Shown here piece by piece: positions 28,630 to 37,942 of a stretch of DNA of 63,167 nucleotides (position 1 is its first letter; every line of letters starts with the position of its first letter). Below the pieces are notes generated by a model. The model had not been told where the DNA came from. It made no database searches and saw only the letters and a list, made by a program, of their open reading frames with translations. Location of the stretch: the NCBI GenBank assembly GCA_015233195.1, contig JADFYE010000013.1, positions 1-63,167 of the forward strand. Direction: 5' to 3'. The stretch is from Candidatus Omnitrophota bacterium (GTDB taxonomy: Bacteria; Omnitrophota; Gorgyraeia; Zapsychrales; Zapsychraceae). The translations under genes were made by a program, and so were the position numbers.

Positions 28630-29437
28630 CGGGATAGGGATTTTTATTTTTATTTTGGGTGCAATGATCGGAAGTTTTTTAAATGTTTGTATAGTCCGCA
28701 TGCCGCTGGAACAGTCAATTGTAAAACCTCGTTCGCATTGTTTTAAATGTAATAAAACTATACCTTGGTATGATAATATTCCGCTGTTAAGTTACTGGAT
28801 TTTAGGTGGGAAATGCAGATTTTGCAAAGCACCATTCTCGATCATTTATTGGTTGGTTGAAGTTTTAACTGCAGTAGTATTTTATTTAATGTATTTATAC
28901 TTTGGTTTATCCGCTTTATATCTTCCTTATGTATTCATGATGTCATGTTTTATTGTAGCAACTTTTGTAGATTTTGCTCATCGGATAATTCCGGATGAGA
29001 TAAGTATAGGTGGGATGGTATTTGGTTTAATATTCAGTTTTTTTATTCCGCAAATGCAAGGTTTGAGTACTGGAAATAGTTTTAATTGGATTATACATTT
29101 GCAATCTTTGGGCTGGTCTATGGTTGGGGTGATAGTCGGAGGTGGGTCGATTTATCTTATGGGGCTTATTGGTGACATTTTATTTAAAAAAGAATCTATG
29201 GGCGGTGGTGACGTGAAATTGTTGGCAATGGTCGGCGCTTTTATGGGATGGAAATTAGCAATATTGACATTTTTTTTAGCACCGTTATTCGGCGCAGTTT
29301 TTGGTATAATCGAGAAGATACGCACTAAAGACAGCACTATTGCTTATGGACCATTTTTAGTATTAGGAGCGATAATTTCTTTATTTTGGGGTGAGCGGAT
29401 TATTGTTTGGATATTAAATGGTTATCGGATTAATTAA
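28619..29437 (+). CDS. pilD: Prepilin peptidase / N-methyltransferase (type IV, A24 family)
   Basis: ATG after gaggagag (alternative TTG 28604). Cys box CFKCNKTIPWYDNIPLLSYWILGGKCRFC, catalytic-Asp motifs FVDFAHRIIPDE and GGGDVKLLAMVG. Polytopic. Confidence 0.9.
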   Translation: MVIDGIGIFIFILGAMIGSFLNVCIVRMPLEQSIVKPRSHCFKCNKTIPWYDNIPLLSYWILGGKCRFCKAPFSIIYWLVEVLTAVVFYLMYLYFGLSALYLPYVFMMSCFIVATFVDFAHRIIPDEISIGGMVFGLIFSFFIPQMQGLSTGNSFNWIIHLQSLGWSMVGVIVGGGSIYLMGLIGDILFKKESMGGGDVKLLAMVGAFMGWKLAILTFFLAPLFGAVFGIIEKIRTKDSTIAYGPFLVLGAIISLFWGERIIVWILNGYRIN

Positions 29438-29892
29438 TTTCCTAAGCTTCCTTTAATTTGATCACAGATTCTTTGTCCGGCAGCGTTACCATAATTGGCA
29501 GTATTACATGTCATTTGTTGGGTATTACAATCTACCTCAAATTCATATTGATATGGGCTATTAATTCGTCTTATCGATATGCAAGGAGAACTAGTAGAAT
29601 CCCAATCAAACCTAAATAAATTATTGTAATCCAGTGGAGCGTTCCCCCACATAGATATTCCAAAATCAATATTATAATTGACCCATCCATTAGTGGGATT
29701 ATAGTCATTGTTGTGCCGCGTCGCATATTCTTGTTTAGCTGCAGCCATTAGCCGGGCAGCGTTAATACCGTGTTGTGTTTTGGATATTTCCATTACGTCA
29801 TTATATTTTGGGAGCGCAAGTGATGCTAAAGCTCCAAGGACAATAACAACAATGATAAGTTCTAAAAGAGTGAAGGCTTGGTTATTTTTCAT
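29434..29892 (-). CDS. Type IV pilin-like / pseudopilin protein, paralog 1
   Basis: Class III signal MKNNQA|FTLLELIIVVIVLGALASLALP with Glu+5. Four Cys in the C-terminal third. Stop overlaps the pilD stop (convergent). Confidence 0.85.
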   Translation of the reverse strand: MKNNQAFTLLELIIVVIVLGALASLALPKYNDVMEISKTQHGINAARLMAAAKQEYATRHNNDYNPTNGWVNYNIDFGISMWGNAPLDYNNLFRFDWDSTSSPCISIRRINSPYQYEFEVDCNTQQMTCNTANYGNAAGQRICDQIKGSLGN

Positions 29893-29925
29893 AATTTTTC
29901 CTAAATATTTTTTACTGTTTTGTTA

Positions 29926-30336
29926 CTACAGTTTAAGGCTATTGCAAAATGTCCAACCATCAGGGCTTCCTCCGCTACATGTTAAAATTCCGGTATCACA
30001 GTCTACTTGCAGTATATATGGGTATTTGGGTGATCCAGTTGTTTGGATTGTTGCACAAGGATTAACGGGACTAAGTGAATAGCCAAGATCTGAAGATAAT
30101 TTAGGAGGATCTATGTCGAGATCACTAATATTGTTAGAAAATGTAGGTAAATCTTGGGCTTGCCTATGTGCAATTTGTGCTTTTTGCAAAGCACGGATAT
30201 TAATTATTGCGTTTTGAATTTTAGATTTTTCGACTAACATTCCATATTGTGGTAAAGCAATGCTCGCTAAAGTACCTATTACAATTACTATTAGCATAAG
30301 TTCCAGCAATGTGAAGGCATGTGTATTTTTAATCAT
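29926..30336 (-). CDS. Type IV pilin-like / pseudopilin protein, paralog 2
   Basis: Start placed at MIKNTHA|FTLLELMLIVIVIG; the track ORF extends to 30402 but would overlap paralog 3. Same four-Cys C-terminal pattern. Confidence 0.8.
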   Translation of the reverse strand: MIKNTHAFTLLELMLIVIVIGTLASIALPQYGMLVEKSKIQNAIINIRALQKAQIAHRQAQDLPTFSNNISDLDIDPPKLSSDLGYSLSPVNPCATIQTTGSPKYPYILQVDCDTGILTCSGGSPDGWTFCNSLKL

Positions 30337-30341
30337 ATTTT

Positions 30342-30791
30342 TTAGTACCAAGGTCGCCAGCTTGAAACCATGATTGTAGTTCCATTTGCGATTTGTTTGC
30401 ATAATCTAAGACCATCTGAGTTAGTGGAACCGCCACATTCTATTGTCCCATTGTTACATTCTACGCGTAAGGAGTATTGATAAGCTCCAGTTTTATCAAT
30501 TGTAGCACAAAATGGATCGTGAGCTGGGTCATTTGTAAAGCGTAGATTGTTAAATCCAGGAGGCGTTGGATCTGTAAATTGTAATGTTCCAGTAGCATAA
30601 GCCCATGTACCATGCATCACTATATATTCTTTTTCAGCTTCATATAGGTGTTGGAGTAATTGAATCCCGTGCTGTGCTCTAGCTTGCTCAGTAGCATCAT
30701 TAAATTTTGGAAGAGCTAATGAAACCATTGCGCCTATTACTATTATTACAATTATTAATTCCATTAATGTGAATGCTTGATTGCTCTTCAT
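30342..30791 (-). CDS. Type IV pilin-like / pseudopilin protein, paralog 3
   Basis: Start at MKSNQA|FTLMELIIVIIVIG preceded by gggagga; the track ORF extends to 30824. Four-Cys C-terminal pattern. Confidence 0.85.
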   Translation of the reverse strand: MKSNQAFTLMELIIVIIVIGAMVSLALPKFNDATEQARAQHGIQLLQHLYEAEKEYIVMHGTWAYATGTLQFTDPTPPGFNNLRFTNDPAHDPFCATIDKTGAYQYSLRVECNNGTIECGGSTNSDGLRLCKQIANGTTIMVSSWRPWY

Positions 30792-30875
30792 ATATCCTCC
30801 CAGTCTTCTCTTAAAGTATGGCATACTAAAAAAGCAGTGTCAAAGAAAGTTCAAAAAACTTATAAAAAACCGAAT

Positions 30876-30905
30876 TTGACAAAAATACAAATTGCGTGAT
30901 ACAAT
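30876..30905 (+). promoter_or_regulatory. Putative sigma70 promoter (extended -10) for aroK-dprA-topA
   Basis: ttgaca (30876-30881), 18-nt spacer ending tga, then tacaat (30900-30905). Confidence 0.5.
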
Positions 30906-31008
30906 TCGATACTTTTCTAAAAGTATTAAAAGGAAAAGCGATTGGTTATTAACGGACAGGTTGAAAACCTGTCCCTACGAAAAGCGAATTATTTTATTGG
31001 AAAAGATA

Positions 31009-31521
31009 ATGAATGATAAAGTAATAATTTTAATTGGTTTTATGGGGGCGGGGAAGTCGTCGGTTGCAAAGTGGTTAGGTCAGACTCTGCAGAGGCAAGT
31101 GTTATCTACAGATGGTTTGATTGAACAAAAAACCCGTCTAAGCATCCGTGATATATTTGAACAGCAAGGGGAAGTTGTTTTTCGAAAATTGGAAAATGAA
31201 GTTTTGTTGGAAATAAAAGATCAAAGAAATATTGTGTTGGATTGCGGCGGCGGGATTGTTACAGACCAGAATAATTTAAATATTTTAAAGAATATGGGCT
31301 TGGTTTTTTATCTTTCAGCTAAGCCGGAAACAATTTTAGTCCGGGTAAAAAAATCAAATCATCGTCCTTTGTTGAATGTTGGTGACCCACTTAAAGTTAT
31401 TAAGGATAAGTTAAATGAACGGGATATATTTTATAAGCAAGGACAGGAGATTTTTACCGACGGTAAAACTATTGCGGAAATAGGAGAAGAGATTTTGGAG
31501 CGTTATGCTGAATGTAAATGA
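31009..31521 (+). CDS. aroK: Shikimate kinase
   Basis: Start at MNDKVIILIGFMGAGKSS (Walker A near the N-terminus); the track's 30892 start adds an implausible 39 aa covering the promoter and UTR hairpin. Confidence 0.9.
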   Translation: MNDKVIILIGFMGAGKSSVAKWLGQTLQRQVLSTDGLIEQKTRLSIRDIFEQQGEVVFRKLENEVLLEIKDQRNIVLDCGGGIVTDQNNLNILKNMGLVFYLSAKPETILVRVKKSNHRPLLNVGDPLKVIKDKLNERDIFYKQGQEIFTDGKTIAEIGEEILERYAECK

Positions 31522-32638
31522 CAGGGATGCGATATTAATTTTAAATGCGGTGAATGGTTTAGGTTTCAGCCGTATAAATAAACTTGTAGATTTTTTTGGT
31601 TCGCCGGCAGCAGTAGTAAATGCGGTGGAGAGTGATTTATTGCTTTCTAAAATCTTACCAGAAACAGTCATAAATAATTTTTTAAAATTTGATAAGCTGC
31701 GTTTTTTAGAAGAAGAGAAACGTTTGTTAACAAAACACGGTGTGGATTTTTTTGTGTATACCGACGCTGATTTTCCTGCTGCTTTGAAAAAGATATCAGA
31801 TCGTCCTGCAATATTATATTTTCGAGGGTCATTAAAAAAAATACCGGAATTGGCGGTTGCCATAGTCGGGTCAAGACATGCTTCGATTTATGGGCTATCT
31901 GTAGCGGATAAATTTGCAGTGCGGTTAGCAAGCTTGGGTATAACTGTGGTCTCGGGTATGGCTCGGGGCATTGATACTGCTGCTCATACCGGAGCAGTCA
32001 GGGTTAAAGGACAAACTATCGCGGTATTAGGTTCAGGATTGGCAAATTTATATCCACCTGAAAATAAAAAATTAGCTGAAGATATATCTCATATCGGCGC
32101 GGTAATTTCTGAATTTCCAATGACTGCTGAACCGTTAGCGCAACATTTTCCCCGACGTAATCGTATTATCAGCGGGTTATCTTTAGGGGTTATAGTGGTT
32201 GAAGCCGCACAGAGAAGCGGGGCATTGATTACTGCGGATATAGCGCTAGAACAAAATAAAGAAGTTTTTGCTGTCCCAGGAAAAGTTGATTCGCCTACTG
32301 CAAGCGGGACAAATCATTTAATTAAGCAGGGGGCAAAACTCATTACTTGTATTGAAGATGTTTTGGAAGAGTTATCATTGCCTATATCGCAATGTTTGAG
32401 TGAAAATAATGAAATTGATGCTGCCTCTGAAGAAATTGCCGTCAATAATAATGTTAATGAGTTGACAGAACCGCAGCAAATGGTATATGCTCTGCTCAAA
32501 AGTAATTCAGTGCATATTGATGAGTTAGCGAAAAAAATTGATATTCCAGTTTCCAAATTGAATGTGATTTTGTTAGAATTAGAACTCAAAAAGATGATTA
32601 AGCAATTGCCAGGCAAAATGTTTAAAAAGGATAGGTGA
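31505..32638 (+). CDS. dprA: DNA-processing protein DprA (Smf)
   Basis: VAIVGSRHASIYG, GMARGIDTAAH, FPRRNRIISGLS, C-terminal winged-helix extension. Conserved dprA-topA pairing. Confidence 0.9.
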   Translation: MLNVNDRDAILILNAVNGLGFSRINKLVDFFGSPAAVVNAVESDLLLSKILPETVINNFLKFDKLRFLEEEKRLLTKHGVDFFVYTDADFPAALKKISDRPAILYFRGSLKKIPELAVAIVGSRHASIYGLSVADKFAVRLASLGITVVSGMARGIDTAAHTGAVRVKGQTIAVLGSGLANLYPPENKKLAEDISHIGAVISEFPMTAEPLAQHFPRRNRIISGLSLGVIVVEAAQRSGALITADIALEQNKEVFAVPGKVDSPTASGTNHLIKQGAKLITCIEDVLEELSLPISQCLSENNEIDAASEEIAVNNNVNELTEPQQMVYALLKSNSVHIDELAKKIDIPVSKLNVILLELELKKMIKQLPGKMFKKDR

Positions 32639-34611
32639 TGGCGAAATTTGTGGTGGTGGTTGAGTCTCCTGCAAAGGTTAAGACCATAAATAAGATATTA
32701 GGAAATAAATTTAAGGTTGTGGCTTCGATGGGACATTTGATCGATTTGCCTAAATCAACTTTAGGTATAAATATTGAAAAAGATTTTGAACCGCATTTTA
32801 TAGTGGTTAGAAGTAAAACGAAAATTTTAAGCAAATTAAAAAAGGACGTTGAAGACGCTGAAACTATATATTTCGCGACTGACCCTGACCGTGAAGGAGA
32901 AGCGATCGGCTGGAATTTAGTTGAACATCTTGGTGCAGGTAAAAAAATAAAACGAGTTACTTTTCAAGAGATCACTAAATCTGCAGTTTTAAAAGCTTTT
33001 GAAACTCCCCGAGATTTTGACCGCCAAAAAATTGACGCGCAAGTTGCTCGCCGAGTATTGGATCGTTTAGTAGGTTATAAGATCAGTCCTTTATTATGGA
33101 AAAAAATTGGTTCACGTTTAAGCGCTGGGCGGGTGCAGTCTGTGGCGTTGCGGATGATCGTTGAACGCGAACGGGCTATTATTGCTTTTAATCCTAAAGA
33201 GTATTGGCAGATTGCGGCTGATCTTCAAAAATCTGGACGAGCGGATGTTTTAACTGCTAATTTGGATAAGATCGACGGTGAAAAATTTGAGCTTGGGGAT
33301 CAGAAAATAACCGACGATTTGGTTTCTAAATTAAAAACTTCTGAATTTTTGGTTACTAGTATTTCCAGTCGCACTGTGCGCAAAAAACCCAATCCGCCTT
33401 TTATAACCAGCACTTTACAGCAGGAAGCATTTAATAAATTACGTTACAACGCGGCAAAGACTATGATGATTGCTCAACAATTATATGAAGGTATTGAAGT
33501 GGGAGGAGAAACTATAGGTTTAATTACTTATATGCGTACTGATTCGGTAAATTTATCTAAAGACGCGGTTGAACTTGTGCGCAAATATATTGGCGAGAAA
33601 CATGGCGATAAATATTTACCTGAAACTCCAAATGTTTATAAATCACGTAAGTCCGCCCAGGAAGCGCATGAAGCAATCCGTCCGTCGGATGTTTACCGTA
33701 CTCCAGAAGAGGTTAAGGCGTTTTTAGACGCTGATCAATTTAAGTTATATCAATTGATATGGAACAGATTTGTAAGTTGTCAAATGGAGTCTGCTGAATA
33801 CCAATATCGCCGCATGGAAATACAAGCTGCTAACTGTATGTTTGCTGCGTCAGGTTCTACGCTTATTTTTGACGGGCATTTGACAGTTTATCCGCAGGCT
33901 GATGAAGAGGAAGGTAAAGCGGATTTTTCACATTATGTTGAAGGGGATAAATTGAATTTGTTAGAATTAAAACCCACCCAGCATTTTACAAAGCCACCAC
34001 CCAGATTTTCCGAAGCCAGTCTGGTAAAAGCTCTGGAAGAAGAAGGTATTGGTCGTCCAAGTACGTATGCGGCGATTATACAAACTATTGTTTTACGCAA
34101 TTATGTTTTACGGGAAAAAGGCGGATATTTAGGTCCTACTGATTTGGGTCTTAAAGTAAATGATCTTTTGGTGGAATATTTTTCTGAAGTTATTGATGTT
34201 GGCTTTACTGCTCAAATGGAAGAAGAATTGGATAAAGTGGAAGAGGGGCAAATGACTTACGCGAAATTGCTCCATGCTTTTTATGTGCCGTTTAAAAAAG
34301 AATTAATTTTTGCAGAGGCTAATACGGAAAAAACGCATCATTTTGTGGGACAAAAGTGTCCTGATTGCGGAAAAGAAATGGTGATTAAATGGGGTAGACG
34401 CGGTAGATTCGTAAGTTGTTCGGGATTTCCTGAATGCAAATTTGCGAAACCATATACTACAGGTATAAAATGTCCGGGATGTAGTGATGGAGAATTAGTT
34501 AAACGACGTTCTCCAAAAGGCGAATTTTACGGGTGTTCTAAATATCCCAAGTGTACTTATGTAAGTAATGAATTGCCGGAAGAAGGAAAAATTCCAGAGG
34601 TTAATAGCTAG
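32635..34611 (+). CDS. topA: DNA topoisomerase I
   Basis: VVVESPAKVKTI, Toprim DPDREGEAI, two C-terminal zinc ribbons (CPDCGKE...CSGFPECKF; CPGCSDG...CSKYPKC). Confidence 0.95.
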   Translation: MMAKFVVVVESPAKVKTINKILGNKFKVVASMGHLIDLPKSTLGINIEKDFEPHFIVVRSKTKILSKLKKDVEDAETIYFATDPDREGEAIGWNLVEHLGAGKKIKRVTFQEITKSAVLKAFETPRDFDRQKIDAQVARRVLDRLVGYKISPLLWKKIGSRLSAGRVQSVALRMIVERERAIIAFNPKEYWQIAADLQKSGRADVLTANLDKIDGEKFELGDQKITDDLVSKLKTSEFLVTSISSRTVRKKPNPPFITSTLQQEAFNKLRYNAAKTMMIAQQLYEGIEVGGETIGLITYMRTDSVNLSKDAVELVRKYIGEKHGDKYLPETPNVYKSRKSAQEAHEAIRPSDVYRTPEEVKAFLDADQFKLYQLIWNRFVSCQMESAEYQYRRMEIQAANCMFAASGSTLIFDGHLTVYPQADEEEGKADFSHYVEGDKLNLLELKPTQHFTKPPPRFSEASLVKALEEEGIGRPSTYAAIIQTIVLRNYVLREKGGYLGPTDLGLKVNDLLVEYFSEVIDVGFTAQMEEELDKVEEGQMTYAKLLHAFYVPFKKELIFAEANTEKTHHFVGQKCPDCGKEMVIKWGRRGRFVSCSGFPECKFAKPYTTGIKCPGCSDGELVKRRSPKGEFYGCSKYPKCTYVSNELPEEGKIPEVNS

Positions 34612-34713
34612 AAACCATAAGATTTACAGCCTACTTTAATATTAATTTTCCCGCTTATATTATCTTACCTTTTGTTGTATAATATTTTTTTAATTATTAC
34701 CTAAATAGATTAT

Positions 34714-35574
34714 ATGAATCGTTATATTGATAAATTTATTAATTATTTCGAAGTTGAGAAGAATTATTCTAAACATACGGTTTTGAATTACCGTATTGAT
34801 CTGGAAGATTTTTTTAAGTTTATTGGGGAAATTTCCATTGAGGCAGTAGATTATTTGTTGTTGCGTAAATATTTGGCGCATTTACGCACGCATGAATATA
34901 AGAGCAGGTCTTTAGCTAGAAAATTATCTAGTCTGCGAAGTTTTTATAAATTTTTAGAGCGCGAGAATTTGGTTAAGAATAATCCGGCAGCTTTGCTAAT
35001 GTCGCCTAAAAAAGAAAAACTTTTGCCTAAGTTTTTAAGTGAAGATGATATGACTAAGGTAATTGAAAGCACTCCGTTGGACGTGATAGATGATAAACGG
35101 GATCGGGCTATTCTTGAGACTTTATATAGCGCGGGTATGCGGGTTAGTGAATTAGTGGGATTGGATGTGGATAATGTTGATCTTATTGGCGGGGTGGCTA
35201 AAGTCTCTGGTAAGGGTAAAAAAGAACGGTTGGTGCCGTTAGGGAATTTAGCAATATTGAGTATTCGTGATTATTTAAAGAGCCGGCTTTCTAATGTTAA
35301 GGCGTTATTTTTGAATAAGCAAGGCGGCAGGTTAACGGATCGCAGTGTGCGGAATATTGTAAATAAATATGTGAGTAAAGCTGCGTTGACCCAGCATGTT
35401 TCGCCGCATGTTTTAAGGCATTCTTTTGCAACGCATTTGTTGAATAGGGGCGCTGATCTTAGAGTGGTGCAGGAATTGTTGGGTCATGTGAATTTATCCA
35501 CGACCCAGATTTATACACATGTGACTACGGATCGTCTGAAGAAGATATATGATCAAGCGCATCCGAGGGCTTAA
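34714..35574 (+). CDS. xerC: Tyrosine recombinase XerC/XerD family
   Basis: 286 aa. [46 protein letters not shown]. Confidence 0.85.
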   Translation: MNRYIDKFINYFEVEKNYSKHTVLNYRIDLEDFFKFIGEISIEAVDYLLLRKYLAHLRTHEYKSRSLARKLSSLRSFYKFLERENLVKNNPAALLMSPKKEKLLPKFLSEDDMTKVIESTPLDVIDDKRDRAILETLYSAGMRVSELVGLDVDNVDLIGGVAKVSGKGKKERLVPLGNLAILSIRDYLKSRLSNVKALFLNKQGGRLTDRSVRNIVNKYVSKAALTQHVSPHVLRHSFATHLLNRGADLRVVQELLGHVNLSTTQIYTHVTTDRLKKIYDQAHPRA

Positions 35575-35585
35575 AAAGGATAAAA

Positions 35586-36851
35586 ATGTTTATTTTGTAT
35601 GACATTATATTTTTGATATTTGCGATAGGGTATATGCCTATTTTGATTCTTAAGAAAAAATGGCATGTGGACTTTAAAATGCGTTTTGGTTTTGTTCCAG
35701 TTGACGTTGAAAAACATTTGGCAGATACAAAAAACATATGGATCCACGCGGTCAGTGTGGGAGAAGTTTTGGCAGTATGTGATCTTATATTGCGGATCAG
35801 AAATAAATTCCCAGAACATCAGTTAATAATTACGACAGTTACTAAAACTGGAAATGATCTGGCTAAACAAAAATTATCGGGTAAGGATGTGATTGTTTTA
35901 TATGCTCCGCTTGATCTTAGCTGGATAGTTAAAAAATTCATTAAAAAGATCAGACCTGAAATATATATTTCTGCTGAAACCGAGTTTTGGCCTAATTTGT
36001 TTTATGCTTTAGCTAAAAGCGGTGTCCCAATAATTCAAGTCAATGGGAGAATATCCGATCGTTCATTCAAACATTATTTATTGGCAAAGCTAATTATGCG
36101 TCCAGTATTGAATTGCGTATCCCGGTTTTGTATGCAGTCGCCGACTGACGCTAACCGCGTATTTGAGTTGGGCGTTGATAGAGGACGGATAGAAGTTTGC
36201 GGCAATTTAAAGTTTGATTTGGCGTCGGTAGTGGATAATGTGGCTGAAGAATATTTGAAGCTTCCGGTAAAATATAAATTTATTATTGGCGGCAGTACCC
36301 ATGACGGAGAAGAAGATATTTTGGCGGATATTTATTTGTCATTGCGTTCTGAATTTCCGGATGTGCGGTTAATAATTGTTCCAAGACATGTTGAACGCGC
36401 GCTGGATATTTTAGATTTAATGAAAATAAAAGGTCTTTCAGCGGTTAAATATTCCGAATATAAAGAGGGTGACGACCTCTCTTCAGACGCAGTGATTATT
36501 GTTGATGTTATAGGTAAGTTACGCATGTTGTATAGGCTGGCTACTTTAGTATTTGTGGGTAAATCTTTGACTTCAAAAGGCGGGCAAAATATGATCGAAC
36601 CCGCGGTTTATGGAAAACCGATCATAGTTGGTCCCAACACTCAAAATTTTAAAGATGTTATGGCATTATTTTTATCTCAAAATGCGATTGTGCGGGTTAA
36701 TGATCCTCAGGAACTAAAAGATCAAATGAAATTGTTATTAAAGTCTCCCGAGAAAATGAAACAATTGGGTGAAACCGCTAAGAATACAGTTGATATTGGA
36801 CGAGGGGCAACTGATAGGACTTTAGCGATTATAACAGATTATATTAAATAG
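35586..36851 (+). CDS. waaA: 3-deoxy-D-manno-octulosonic acid (Kdo) transferase
   Basis: IWIHAVSVGEV, ETEFWPNL, GGSTHDGEE. 421 aa. Confidence 0.9.
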   Translation: MFILYDIIFLIFAIGYMPILILKKKWHVDFKMRFGFVPVDVEKHLADTKNIWIHAVSVGEVLAVCDLILRIRNKFPEHQLIITTVTKTGNDLAKQKLSGKDVIVLYAPLDLSWIVKKFIKKIRPEIYISAETEFWPNLFYALAKSGVPIIQVNGRISDRSFKHYLLAKLIMRPVLNCVSRFCMQSPTDANRVFELGVDRGRIEVCGNLKFDLASVVDNVAEEYLKLPVKYKFIIGGSTHDGEEDILADIYLSLRSEFPDVRLIIVPRHVERALDILDLMKIKGLSAVKYSEYKEGDDLSSDAVIIVDVIGKLRMLYRLATLVFVGKSLTSKGGQNMIEPAVYGKPIIVGPNTQNFKDVMALFLSQNAIVRVNDPQELKDQMKLLLKSPEKMKQLGETAKNTVDIGRGATDRTLAIITDYIK

Positions 36852-36862
36852 AGGGGTTACTC

Positions 36863-37942
36863 ATGGATGAAAGAATAAAATTACAATTTTGGGCGATCAT
36901 GCGGGGAGAAAAAAGAGGTATTGGTCCGTCGATCGTGGTATTGATCTTATTTGGGTTCTCTGGTTTATACGGGTTATTTATTTGGGTACGAAATTTATTA
37001 TTTACTATTAAAGTTTTATCAGCTCAAAAATTTTCGATACCGGTTATTTCAGTTGGGAATATTGTAGTAGGTGGTGCAGGGAAAACTCCGATCGTTATAT
37101 GGCTGTTGGAACTGTTAAAAGAAAAAGGATTAAAGGCAGTGGTTCTTACTCGAGGATATATGGATAATGATCCTACGGGTAAAAAATTGTTTAGTGATGA
37201 AGCTGAAGTTATAAAGCAAATGGTGCCGGATGCACAGGTTGTGGTAGGGGCAGAGCGGTTTAAATGCGGGCAGGAATATTTAAAAACTAATAAAGCGGAT
37301 GTGTTTATTTTAGACGATGGTTTTCAACACCGTCAGATAAATCGGGATTTGGATTTGGTGGCAGTTGATGCTACTAATCCCTGGGGTAATGGTTCATTAT
37401 TGCCGTCAGGTTTATTGCGTGAACCGATAAGTTCATTAAAGCGCGCTCAGGTAGTGATACTTACCAAAACTGATCTTATGGAAAAAGATTCAGCTGATGC
37501 TTTTAAAAGTGTTGAAAATGTTAATTCTGAAATGTTGATATGTAGAGGAGTTCATAAACCAGTCGGTTTCTTTGATGTTAGAGCAGGAACTTGGCATAAA
37601 GAGGATCTTATCGACGGAAAAATCGTAGGATATTTTTGCAGTATAGCTGATCCGCGTTCATTTAAACGTACTTTGGAACATTTAGGCGCTTGTGTTTTAA
37701 AGGGTTTTGATTTCATAGATCACCACTCCTATGTTGATGAGGATTTTAAAAATATTAATACCGGTTGTAATGTGGAAAAAATAAAAATATTGGTGACTAC
37801 TCGTAAAGACGCGGTAAAGATCGGAGCGTATTTGAAATTTTTGGCGTCAGATATCCAAATTTTAGTATTGGATATACGTTTTAATATTCCAGAAGGAAAG
37901 GAACAGTTAGTTGCTAGAATCGATTCTTTGTTTATTCATTAG
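36863..37942 (+). CDS. lpxK: Tetraacyldisaccharide 4'-kinase
   Basis: ISVGNIVVGGAGKTP P-loop, LTRGY, LDDGFQH. Confidence 0.9.
   Translation: MDERIKLQFWAIMRGEKRGIGPSIVVLILFGFSGLYGLFIWVRNLLFTIKVLSAQKFSIPVISVGNIVVGGAGKTPIVIWLLELLKEKGLKAVVLTRGYMDNDPTGKKLFSDEAEVIKQMVPDAQVVVGAERFKCGQEYLKTNKADVFILDDGFQHRQINRDLDLVAVDATNPWGNGSLLPSGLLREPISSLKRAQVVILTKTDLMEKDSADAFKSVENVNSEMLICRGVHKPVGFFDVRAGTWHKEDLIDGKIVGYFCSIADPRSFKRTLEHLGACVLKGFDFIDHHSYVDEDFKNINTGCNVEKIKILVTTRKDAVKIGAYLKFLASDIQILVLDIRFNIPEGKEQLVARIDSLFIH

Noticed and set aside
29708-30082. 124-aa + strand ORF across the pilin genes
   Set aside because: Antisense to two pilin-like genes that have clear class III signal peptides. It also spans their intergenic gap.
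30892-31008. Upstream extension of aroK; likewise 46096-46134 for the exported protein, 59645-59677 for purA and 16671-16709 for frr
   Set aside because: These extensions cover promoter or UTR elements or overlap upstream genes. Internal starts have better RBSs and give canonical N-termini (P-loop, signal peptide, or the [11 protein letters not shown] motif close to the N-terminus).
31411-31863. 150-aa minus-strand ORF
   Set aside because: Antisense to the aroK end and the dprA start. A shadow ORF.
34714-35574. Tyrosine recombinase as a marker of an integrated mobile element
   Set aside because: Its size and motifs fit housekeeping XerC/XerD. It is flanked by topA and waaA with no att-like repeats, no adjacent tRNA and no phage or IS genes.
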